This document shows positions 38,354 to 46,989 of a DNA stretch of 64,000 nt, piece by piece (position 1 is the first letter of the stretch; every line of letters starts with the position of its first letter). The stretch is from Minisyncoccota bacterium (GTDB lineage Bacteria; Patescibacteriota; Minisyncoccia; Phycocordibacterales; UBA9973): positions 170,364 to 234,363 of the forward strand of contig JBAYUN010000001.1 in the NCBI GenBank assembly GCA_041675085.1. The letters are read 5' to 3'. The notes under the pieces are model-generated. The model was not told where the DNA came from and made no database searches. It was given only the letters and a program-made list of their open reading frames with translations. Both the position numbers and the translations under genes were made by a program.

Positions 38354-39535
38354 TTAAACAACTACTCCTCCACCCAAAACTAGCTCAGAATCATAAAAAA
38401 CTACAGACTGACCAGAAGCTACTTTTACAGGTTTTTCAAATACAACTTCAAGCTGATTTTTATTTTTTTTATCATTAATAATTTTACAATTTAAAAATTC
38501 TCCATGATAGCGAATCTGGGCTGTGTAATTTTTATTTTCTTCTGGAGTCTTAGATATCCAGTTTATATTATTTAGTAAAATTTTGTTTTCTGTATTATCT
38601 TCTCCTGTATTTCTTTTTATAGAATAATCTTTATCAGTAGATACAACTAAAATATTTTTCTTAATATCTTTATCTACTACATAATATCTAGCATCGTTTG
38701 CTGTCTTTTTCGTAATATTAAATCCATGACGCTCACCTAAAGTATAAAATACAGCTCCATCATGAGTACCTATCACCTCACCCATAGTATTTAAAACATT
38801 TCCATTTTTAGCTTTAATATAATGTTTTAAAAAATCTTTCAAGTCCACCTGACCCAAGAAACAAATACCCTGACTATCCTTCTTTGCGGCTACAGGGAGT
38901 TTGAATTTTTTAGCCAAAACTCTGACTTGTTTCTTGGTTAAATTACCAATAGGAAATAGAATATTTTTTAACTGTTCTTGTTTTAAAGTCCACAAGAAAT
39001 AGCTTTGATCTTTTGTTGGATCAATACTTTTCCTTAAATAAAAATAGTTTTGGGAATGGTCTGGTTGAGCCGATACTTTTTTAAAATTATGAATCGGCGA
39101 CCCGAGGACCTTTCCAAAACTTTTTTTATTTATGTTCTGAACATAGTGCCCAGTCGCTACATAGTCCGCACCCATCTCTCGTGCTTTATTTAAAAACGCA
39201 CCAAACTTTACTTCGCGATTACACATAACATCAGGATTAGGAGTCCGTCCTGCCTTATACTCATTTATCATATAATCAGCCACTCCCTTTTTGTAAACAT
39301 CTTCAAAGTCAAAAGTAAGAAAAGGAATATCCAAATATGCCGCTACTCGCATAGCGTCGCGACGTTCTTCTTCTTCGTTGCATTCTATAAAATCTGGATG
39401 CCAGGTCTTAATAAAAACTCCTACCACTTCATAACCCTCTTCTTTCAAAAGGGCAGCAGAAACAGAGCTATCAACTCCACCTGACATACCAACGAAAACA
39501 GTCTTATTAAGTTTTTTAGACTTCTTTGTAGTCAT
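38354..39535 (-). CDS. mnmA: tRNA-specific 2-thiouridylase
   Basis: PP-loop VGMSGGVDSSVSA, 393 aa. Confidence 0.85.
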   Translation of the reverse strand: MTTKKSKKLNKTVFVGMSGGVDSSVSAALLKEEGYEVVGVFIKTWHPDFIECNEEEERRDAMRVAAYLDIPFLTFDFEDVYKKGVADYMINEYKAGRTPNPDVMCNREVKFGAFLNKAREMGADYVATGHYVQNINKKSFGKVLGSPIHNFKKVSAQPDHSQNYFYLRKSIDPTKDQSYFLWTLKQEQLKNILFPIGNLTKKQVRVLAKKFKLPVAAKKDSQGICFLGQVDLKDFLKHYIKAKNGNVLNTMGEVIGTHDGAVFYTLGERHGFNITKKTANDARYYVVDKDIKKNILVVSTDKDYSIKRNTGEDNTENKILLNNINWISKTPEENKNYTAQIRYHGEFLNCKIINDKKNKNQLEVVFEKPVKVASGQSVVFYDSELVLGGGVVV

Positions 39536-39549
39536 AGACTATTTATACA

Positions 39550-40488
39550 CTATTTTAAATATTTTTCTATATTATCTCTGTGTTCTTTGAAAGTTCTAGC
39601 AAAATAAGTATCTCCTTTTTTATCATGAATATAATAAAGATAAGGTGAAATTTTTGGATTCATAGCTGCAAGAATCGCTTTCAATCCTGGATTAGAGATA
39701 GGATCATCTGGCAAACCACGCTCTTCGTAAGTAATAGGAGCTACGTCGACTTGTAAAGGCATATTTATCTCTAATCTTTTCCACAAAATCCCAGAGATTG
39801 TCTCTCTATCATTGTCTCCACTAGCTTCACCTTCTATTAGTGAGGCCATAATTAAAATTTCTTTTATTCTCTCGTCTTTATTAGGAAGATTATCAAAAAT
39901 AGAGAAAATCTTTTCAGTTCTTTTGGCGAAATTATTATTCATCATTTTAATCACAACTTCTTCATTATCAGAGCTCAAGAAAAAATACGTGTCTGGAAAA
40001 AAATATCCTTCTTTATCGCGAGACTGATTGATAAAATTGTCTTTATTAAAATTATGCAACTTTACCGCAAAAGTTTCAGCAATTTCAGAGATACTGTAAC
40101 CCTCAGGAATAGTAACTCTAATAGGACTAATACCCTTTTCACCTTTGGCTATTCTATTAGCTAATTCTAAGACAGATAACTTTTCTTTAAATAAATAATC
40201 TCCACTAGAAATATTTTTCTCTCCTCCGAAAATTATAATAAAAGATTCAAAGAAAACTCTAGACTCAATAAAACCTTCATTTTTTAATTTTAAAGATACC
40301 GATCTAACACTAGAACCTTTTTCTATAACAAAAATCTGATCTGTCTTAAAAGAAGCTGGTGCTTGAAATAAGAAAAAATAAAAATAAGAAAACAATAAAA
40401 CTAAAAATACAAACACAGAAATAATAAAATATTTAATTTTATTATTTCTTGTACTTGTATTATTTTCTAAGTTTGGGAAATTCTCCAT
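39550..40488 (-). CDS. mltG: endolytic murein transglycosylase (YceG-like)
   Basis: N-terminal TM, YceG-like domain, C-terminal ISPYLYYIHDKKGDTYFARTFKEH. Confidence 0.7.
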   Translation of the reverse strand: MENFPNLENNTSTRNNKIKYFIISVFVFLVLLFSYFYFFLFQAPASFKTDQIFVIEKGSSVRSVSLKLKNEGFIESRVFFESFIIIFGGEKNISSGDYLFKEKLSVLELANRIAKGEKGISPIRVTIPEGYSISEIAETFAVKLHNFNKDNFINQSRDKEGYFFPDTYFFLSSDNEEVVIKMMNNNFAKRTEKIFSIFDNLPNKDERIKEILIMASLIEGEASGDNDRETISGILWKRLEINMPLQVDVAPITYEERGLPDDPISNPGLKAILAAMNPKISPYLYYIHDKKGDTYFARTFKEHRDNIEKYLK

Positions 40489-40491
40489 AAA

Positions 40492-41778
40492 TTATGTAGG
40501 TAGATTTGTAGGTGGAGAAGCTTCTTTACTTTCAACACGTTCCAAAGTAGGAATTTTCAAGATTTGACCAGGGAAATGCCACAGGGTCGCTATCTCTTCT
40601 ACATTTAATACAAAAGTCGGTTGAGGCTTGTATGCCTTAAAAAACATAGGTGAAATAGGCCAAGGTAAATGCTCCGTATCAAAAAGCTCTTGTCTTAATT
40701 GACCATGATAAAAAGACCGTCCTCGGTATTCACCCAGCATCCTATTTGATAGCTCCATGACCTGCTCTTGGTTTAAAACAGTTATCAATCCACCATACGC
40801 ATCAGCTTGAGTGCCATTTACACGAGTAAAGCTATTCAAAGCAGGATTCGCATATTGTCTAAAAACCAATCTTAAATTACGTCTATTATTAGCATCAAAA
40901 TTTTCTTTTTTAGCAACATAGCAAGTACGCAAACCAACATCAAAACCTATCTTCTGCATCTTTGTACTAATACCTTTCACTTCAGCTTCCACAGCAAAAG
41001 GTGGTCTGACTTTTGTGAGAGTTTCTCCTTCTATAACATTCATGCGTGCATATTTTTCAAAAAGTCTTTCTAATTCTTGTTTAGATTCTTCAACCCAGTC
41101 ATGCTTCTTACCATCTGGTCCAGTAAAAGTATTCTTAGAAGGCCTTATTACCATTTGAAACCACATTTGCTCTCCTTTACCCATAGAAGCAAAAAGTTCA
41201 ATCAAAGGAGAAAGTGGATCAATTTTTAAAGTCTCTTCATCTTGTTCATCAAGTCCAAAATCGGCATAAGTTTTAATAGGATAAGCGTCAGGTTTTTCTA
41301 ATTTCCATTCACAACCATATAAATTCCACTGACTATCTGGAGTTATCTCGTCTACACCAAAAGTATAATCATCAACAACTCTAACTTGAGATTGAGGATA
41401 CTGTGCATACATTTGAGTTTCGATCAATCCTTTAATACGGCTCGGTGTACGAATATAAAAACGTACCTGCCCTTCAATAGATACAATTTCCAAAGAATAC
41501 CAAAACCATACTGCTCCTTGCCAGTATTCCTCACGTCCACCTTTCATACTCCAATGATAAAGAGCATTAGTAAAAAATAATTCCATAGCACGAGGACTAC
41601 GTAAAACCTCACGAGGTGGAATAACTTCCAATAATACATAATCAATACCAGAAATAAAACTCTGCTGGATATAATGCATCCACATAGCCCAAGCCATGCG
41701 ACCCAAAAAATATGTCAGGAATAAAATCCAAACAATATCTGGTATCCAATTAAAAATTTTAATCACAGCATCAAACAT
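40492..41778 (-). CDS. hypothetical membrane-anchored protein (428 aa)
   Basis: N-terminal TM, Trp-rich soluble domain; no recognised family. Confidence 0.45.
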   Translation of the reverse strand: MFDAVIKIFNWIPDIVWILFLTYFLGRMAWAMWMHYIQQSFISGIDYVLLEVIPPREVLRSPRAMELFFTNALYHWSMKGGREEYWQGAVWFWYSLEIVSIEGQVRFYIRTPSRIKGLIETQMYAQYPQSQVRVVDDYTFGVDEITPDSQWNLYGCEWKLEKPDAYPIKTYADFGLDEQDEETLKIDPLSPLIELFASMGKGEQMWFQMVIRPSKNTFTGPDGKKHDWVEESKQELERLFEKYARMNVIEGETLTKVRPPFAVEAEVKGISTKMQKIGFDVGLRTCYVAKKENFDANNRRNLRLVFRQYANPALNSFTRVNGTQADAYGGLITVLNQEQVMELSNRMLGEYRGRSFYHGQLRQELFDTEHLPWPISPMFFKAYKPQPTFVLNVEEIATLWHFPGQILKIPTLERVESKEASPPTNLPT

Positions 41779-41845
41779 AGTATTATTTTATCTTAAATAG
41801 ATAATAAAGTAAAAGAACCTCACTGTTTAGTGAGGTTCTTTTACT

Positions 41846-42880
41846 TTAAACTACGTTATAGAGTCCGTCTTTATTCTTTTTGAAATATTTTGAGTTAGCA
41901 AGATTTACTAAAATTGTATTTTTCTTAAAGTATCTCTCTTTCATAACTTTCTCAACAACATCTTCTTTAGTCATTGGACCTTCTTTTTTGATGATATCTT
42001 TTATCACATCACGAGCGATACCAGTCTTGTATCCCCACTCAGAAAGTGCATAAAGTCCACGTCCCACAAGCACAAATCTACTATCTTTGATAAGCTCATT
42101 GTGAGTCGTTGCGTAATGAGATTTTCTGCCGAAAGTTTTAGAGATAGAATCAGTTACTTCCTTGAAGTGCATTGGAGATCCATGTTTCCTCATAACAAGA
42201 AAAGCATAATCTTTCACTCCTCTAGTGTGTACGTTTTGAGAATTTGATTTACCCCAATCTCCTAGTGGATTCTTGGAAACTGTTTTTGATACAGCGAGCC
42301 ATCTCTTTGCCATTTCATCATTTTTGTAATGATCAGCTACGTCTTTCATTTGGTCGAAAAATCTCTTGATCATTTCTGTTTCAGGGATAAGGTCTTCGTC
42401 TTTTAGTGAAGCATAAAGTTTTTTCAAAGACTCATGAACCTTGTCTGCCATTTCGTCATCCACACTCCAGCGAGTTTTGAAATGATCATCTTCTTTGTGT
42501 TTTTTAAAAACATCTCCTAAAACTAGATAAAAATGAATATGATTTTGAACCGATTTATCTTTAGAGATATGATTCAAGAAATCGTGCTCAGATACTATCG
42601 AACCTAGAGAGTGAATAAGAGTTTTAATTTCTTCAAATAGAGCTTGTTCTGCTTTGAAGGCAGGAGATTTTTTGATTAAATTAATACTATTTTCTTTGAT
42701 TTGTCTAACTCTTTCTCTTGTTATGTTGTATTTTTTACCTATTTCTTCGAGAGTTTTGCGTTCTAGGTCGTTTGGATTTAATCCGAAACGGTTCATAATA
42801 ACATCACTTGCACGTTCTGGTAAGTGAGAGATTATTCTTTTTGTAACTTGTTTTGGCTTAAATGATATTGTGGATGACAT
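41846..42880 (-). CDS. sigma-70 region 4-like HTH plus C-terminal HARE-HTH-like domain protein
   Basis: N-terminus VIMNRFGL...KTLEEIGKKYNITRERVRQIKENSINLIKK (region 4.2-like); C-terminus AFLVMRKHGSPMHFKEVTDSI...DSRFVLVGRGLYALSEWGY (HARE-HTH-like). Confidence 0.5.
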   Translation of the reverse strand: MSSTISFKPKQVTKRIISHLPERASDVIMNRFGLNPNDLERKTLEEIGKKYNITRERVRQIKENSINLIKKSPAFKAEQALFEEIKTLIHSLGSIVSEHDFLNHISKDKSVQNHIHFYLVLGDVFKKHKEDDHFKTRWSVDDEMADKVHESLKKLYASLKDEDLIPETEMIKRFFDQMKDVADHYKNDEMAKRWLAVSKTVSKNPLGDWGKSNSQNVHTRGVKDYAFLVMRKHGSPMHFKEVTDSISKTFGRKSHYATTHNELIKDSRFVLVGRGLYALSEWGYKTGIARDVIKDIIKKEGPMTKEDVVEKVMKERYFKKNTILVNLANSKYFKKNKDGLYNVV

Positions 42881-42960
42881 AATTTTATTTGTTAATTATT
42901 TCTTAATATTAGTATACATTAGATTTAAATTCTGTCAAACTAACTGGTATGTTTTTAAAT

Positions 42961-44772
42961 CTATTTATTTCTATTAGCTTTGATTCTATCCATTTCAGTC
43001 AAAAACTTCTTGCGGAGTCTTACAGACTTTGGAGTAATTTCTAGATATTCATCATTACTCATAACTTCAAGTCCTCTTTCGATACTTAATGTGAAAGCTG
43101 GTTTCAAAACGATCATATCATCAGTACCTGAAGCACGCATGTTTGTAAGTTGTTTACCTTTTACTGGGTTGACTGCCATGTCTTCACCCTTTAAAACGTT
43201 ACCTATAACCATACCTTCATATACCTCTGTACCGTGATCTATATATAATATACCACGTTCTTGTAAATTTGCAAGTGCAAAAGCCACAGCCTTACCAGCA
43301 ATCATAGAAGACATAGATCCATACTCTCTTTTCTTGATTTCTCCAGCATAGTCTTTAAAGCCAATAACACGAGAAGACATGATTCCCTCTCCTTTTGTAT
43401 CTATAATAAATTCTCCTCTATATCCCAATAGTCCACGAGTTGGTATTTCAAAAACAATACGAGCTACGCCATCTTTGTCTTGCATGTCTTTCATAATACC
43501 TTTTCTTTTTCCAATCTTTTCGATAACACCTCCAGAAGACTCTGTCGGTACGTCTATTACCAATTCTTCGTAAGGTTCAGATTTGTGACCAGTTTCATCT
43601 GTCTTGACGATAACCTCTGGTTGAGATACTTGCATTTCAAATCCTTCACGGCGCATGTTTTCGAGTAAAACTGCTACATGCAATTCTCCACGTCCATAAA
43701 CTTTAAAGAAACTCGGACCTGATTTTACTTCACCTTGATCCGGAGAAAAATCTACACGCAATCCTACGTTGATTTCCAATTCTTTTTCCAATCTTTCTTT
43801 GATTTGTCTTGAAGTTACGAATTTACCTTCTTTACCTGCAAAAGGAGAATCGTTCACCAAAAAGTTAAGTGACAAAGTCGGCTCGTCGATAGCTATGTGA
43901 GGAAGCGCTTCTACACTCTCATCAGCACACAAAGTCTCTCCGATATAAATATCAGGAATACCAGCTAGCAATACAATGTCTCCAGATTCTGCCATGCTTA
44001 CGTCTTTACGAGCAATACCTTCGAAAGTAAATAATTTAGTGATTTTACCTACACGTGTACCATTTTCTCCTTTGACAAATATTTGCCCAGCAGAAGAAAG
44101 TTTACCTTTATAGATACGAGCTACAGCCATTCTACCCAAGAAGTTATCATATCCAAGGTTGAAAACTTGTGCTTGCATTTTTTCATCTCCATCTACAGAA
44201 GCTACTGGAACTGTCTCTAAGATCAATTCCAAAAGCGGTGAAAGGTCGGTTGACTCATCACCAATATTTTTAAATGCTTTACCGTCACGTCCGATAGCAT
44301 AGATAGTTTTGAAATCTGCTTGGTCTTCATTAGCACCGAGTTCAAAGAAAAGTTCTAAAACTTCGTCATGAACGCGAGCGATATCAGCTGCTGGTTTATC
44401 TATTTTATTAATAACAACGATAGGCTTTAATCCAAGCTCTAGAGATTTCTTTAATACGAAACGAGTTTGAGGCATAGGGCCTTCTACAGCATCCACCAAG
44501 AGCAATACAGAATCGATAGCACGCAACACACGTTCTACTTCAGAACCGAAGTCGGCGTGACCTGGAGTATCTACGATATTTATCTTTGTACCTTTATAAG
44601 TGATAGAAGTATTTTTTGAATAAATAGTAATACCACGCTCTTTTTCTATTGCATTCGAGTCCATAGAAAGACCTTCGTCTTGAAGTCCTCCGTTTTGCTT
44701 CATTAAAGCATCTGTTAAAGTTGTCTTACCATGGTCCACGTGAGCGATAATCGCAATATTCCTAATATCCAT
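42961..44772 (-). CDS. typA: translational GTPase TypA/BipA
   Basis: IRNIAIIAHVDHGKTTL, 603 aa EF-G-like domains. Confidence 0.9.
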   Translation of the reverse strand: MDIRNIAIIAHVDHGKTTLTDALMKQNGGLQDEGLSMDSNAIEKERGITIYSKNTSITYKGTKINIVDTPGHADFGSEVERVLRAIDSVLLLVDAVEGPMPQTRFVLKKSLELGLKPIVVINKIDKPAADIARVHDEVLELFFELGANEDQADFKTIYAIGRDGKAFKNIGDESTDLSPLLELILETVPVASVDGDEKMQAQVFNLGYDNFLGRMAVARIYKGKLSSAGQIFVKGENGTRVGKITKLFTFEGIARKDVSMAESGDIVLLAGIPDIYIGETLCADESVEALPHIAIDEPTLSLNFLVNDSPFAGKEGKFVTSRQIKERLEKELEINVGLRVDFSPDQGEVKSGPSFFKVYGRGELHVAVLLENMRREGFEMQVSQPEVIVKTDETGHKSEPYEELVIDVPTESSGGVIEKIGKRKGIMKDMQDKDGVARIVFEIPTRGLLGYRGEFIIDTKGEGIMSSRVIGFKDYAGEIKKREYGSMSSMIAGKAVAFALANLQERGILYIDHGTEVYEGMVIGNVLKGEDMAVNPVKGKQLTNMRASGTDDMIVLKPAFTLSIERGLEVMSNDEYLEITPKSVRLRKKFLTEMDRIKANRNK

Positions 44773-44893
44773 AAAATAATATTTCTAAGTTAATTATAAG
44801 TTAATAATTTAATAAGTTTGTATTAAATAAAAAAAGCCCAAAGGCTTAAAATTCAACATATTTATAATAGCACACTTTTTGAAAATAACAAAC

Positions 44894-44920
44894 CATGTCA
44901 GTCGCGACTAACGTGGTAAA
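44894..44920. repeat. REP-like palindrome, copy 3 (degenerate)
   Basis: catgtcagtcgcgactaacgtggtaaa. Confidence 0.45.
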
Positions 44921-44924
44921 TAAA

Positions 44925-44955
44925 TAGCCTGGTAAGCAAAGCTTACCAGGCTATT
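44925..44955. terminator. terminator hairpin for gene 44981..45649
   Basis: atagcctggtaagc-aaa-gcttaccaggctat, 14-bp perfect stem. Confidence 0.55.
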
Positions 44956-44980
44956 TGAAGGATTAATTTTAATCTTCGTT

Positions 44981-45649
44981 TTAAATTTCAAACAACAATC
45001 TTACATCAATAGGATCCTGGATTGAAATTTTTTTCACAATAAGTGAAGCAAGATTATTTTGAGAATTTAATATATTCCAATAATAATCAAAAACTTCTTC
45101 TATACTTTTTTGTAAAGGAACCAAGTATGGTTCACCTTTAAACGCAGGCAAAGGATTACCACTACCACTGTAAGTATTAAGGCAATAACCATATCCATCT
45201 ATGTCTTTTAAATTCCAAAAAGCAAACAATGGTTTTTTACCATGATCACTTTTTCTAATTATAGCTAGTTGATTTTTTAAAGTGCTATTTTCAGAAATAA
45301 TAGTGAGCCCAGCAATTCTGGGCGTATAATTTGGAGCATCTGGTTTATAAGACCATTCGTTTTTAAAATCAATAATTAGATTTTTCCCAAGTAAAGTTTT
45401 TGTATGAGTCCCGTTGCTAACAGCAAAGATATTCTCTATTGAAGGCATTGCATATGTTTCTTGTCGCATAGCCTCATAGACTACCTCATCTGCATTCGTC
45501 TTCATCATCCAAAAAATTTGAACAACAAATTTATTTATAACTCCAATTATTATACCATCTCCTGGATAAGGATTCTGACCTAGTTTGATTGCATTTGTCG
45601 CGGCTGTTTCCGCAGCTTGTAATTTTTGAAAATTTATATCATTTGTCAT
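44981..45649 (-). CDS. hypothetical protein (222 aa)
   Basis: No recognised domain. Confidence 0.45.
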   Translation of the reverse strand: MTNDINFQKLQAAETAATNAIKLGQNPYPGDGIIIGVINKFVVQIFWMMKTNADEVVYEAMRQETYAMPSIENIFAVSNGTHTKTLLGKNLIIDFKNEWSYKPDAPNYTPRIAGLTIISENSTLKNQLAIIRKSDHGKKPLFAFWNLKDIDGYGYCLNTYSGSGNPLPAFKGEPYLVPLQKSIEEVFDYYWNILNSQNNLASLIVKKISIQDPIDVRLLFEI

Positions 45650-45795
45650 GATGAAAAATTTAGTATGTTAAAGAAATATATTCAGATATACAGTACCACA
45701 TTTTACCAAAAAAAGCAAAGCTTCACAAACTTAAATACTAAAGTAACTGAAAAGATGCAAAAAAAATAAAAATATGTTATTTTATATATTGTAAA

Positions 45796-45857
45796 TGCGT
45801 CGGTGGTAGAGCTTGCCCCGTCAGTCGCGACTGACAGGGTGAATCAATTACAACAGA
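45796..45857 (+). other. duplicated 5' half of tRNA-Tyr (acceptor/D-arm and anticodon-stem 5' strand) with REP-like palindrome replacing the D-loop
   Basis: gcgtcggtggtagag + cttgccccgtcagtcgcgactgacagggtgaa + tcaattacaacagac; the same two 15-mers occur in intact tRNA-Tyr 22 nt downstream, separated there by tgg. Confidence 0.5.
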
Positions 45858-45879
45858 CATGTTTAGTCAAATTTAATAC

Positions 45880-45962
45880 GCGTCGGTGGTAGAGTGGTCA
45901 ATTACAACAGACTGTAAATCTGTCGCCTTCGGGCTACGAAGGTTCGAATCCTTCCCGGCGCA
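45880..45962 (+). tRNA. tRNA-Tyr (anticodon GTA)
   Basis: gcgtcgg..acaga-cTGTAaa-tctgt, long variable arm cgccttcgggcta, T-arm gaaggttcgaatccttc, acceptor ccggcgc. Confidence 0.85.
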
Positions 45963-45968
45963 CAACAA

Positions 45969-45990
45969 AATCCCGAAAGGGATTTTTTGC
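45969..45990 (+). terminator. terminator hairpin after tRNA-Tyr
   Basis: aaaatcccgaaagggatttttt. Confidence 0.55.
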
Positions 45991-46173
45991 GTCGGAGCGA
46001 GCCAACTGCTTGGCTCGTGAGAAGGATTCGAAAAGCTTTTCTGTATTTTTAAAAATCTTTGATTTTAAAAAATTAGAAAAGGTATACTGCTCCTGTAAGG
46101 AGAGAAATTCCTTCCCTGTATAATTACTTTTTTTCAACTTGCTGTTTAAATATAAAATAATATAATAAATCAT

Positions 46174-46947
46174 ATGAAAAACTATTATGAGATATTGGGT
46201 GTATCTAAAGACGCCTCGCAAGAAGATATTAAAAAAGCTTACTATGCATTAGCGCATAAATTCCACCCTGACAAAAATAATAGTGATAGCAGAATATTTA
46301 AAAATATAAACGAAGCATACGAGACCCTCTCTAACAAAGAAACAAAAGAAAAATATGATACAACGGTAAATCAGTCAAATAATGACGAAGAGATAATCCA
46401 CACGAACAACTTTGCATCGCTAAAGATTATAGTACTAATAATATTAATATTATTTTTTATTGGGAATTGGTTTAGTAGTCAAAATGATGAAACAAAAAAA
46501 GAAGAAAACAAAGATGCAATTAATTCAGAAACCCTGACAGTTAATGATTTTAAATTTATTAATTTAGGCAAAGATTCAATTACTCAAGATGGTTTAAAAT
46601 TTTCATCAGAAATTGTTGAAAATTTTGGAAATACTATTAACGATAATTTTTGGGGATATGAATATTTAAACAAAAAAACAGAAGGAAATTTTGTTAAATA
46701 TCAATTGAAAATTGAAAATACAGGTTCTTATGAATCAAATATTTTATTAAACATAAATAGTGTAAATGATGAGAAAAATAGAGTATTCAAAACTGAAACA
46801 ATAACAACAACTTGTGGAGAAAAATCAAGCATAAACAATTTGATAGTTAATTTAAAACCAGCAATACCATGTACTATTAACATACTTTTTGAGACATCAA
46901 AAGAATCTGAAGGATTTTTTCTAAATCTTTCATATAGAAAAAATTAA
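46174..46947 (+). CDS. J-domain (DnaJ-like) membrane-anchored protein
   Basis: MKNYYEILGVSKDASQEDIKKAYYALAHKFHPDKN then TM (IIVLIILILFFIGNWF) and a 160-aa extracytoplasmic domain. Confidence 0.7.
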   Translation: MKNYYEILGVSKDASQEDIKKAYYALAHKFHPDKNNSDSRIFKNINEAYETLSNKETKEKYDTTVNQSNNDEEIIHTNNFASLKIIVLIILILFFIGNWFSSQNDETKKEENKDAINSETLTVNDFKFINLGKDSITQDGLKFSSEIVENFGNTINDNFWGYEYLNKKTEGNFVKYQLKIENTGSYESNILLNINSVNDEKNRVFKTETITTTCGEKSSINNLIVNLKPAIPCTINILFETSKESEGFFLNLSYRKN

Positions 46948-46950
46948 TAA

Positions 46951-46988
46951 TTAAAAAATCCCTTATTATTTAATAAGGGATTTTTTAA
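46951..46988. terminator. bidirectional terminator
   Basis: aaaaatccctta-ttatttaa-taagggatttttt. Confidence 0.55.
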
Positions 46989-46989
46989 T

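Noticed and set aside
45934-46221. Track ORF 45934..46221 (-)
   Set aside because: It overlaps the tRNA-Tyr 3' end, the terminator hairpin and the start of the J-domain gene. It is most likely spurious.
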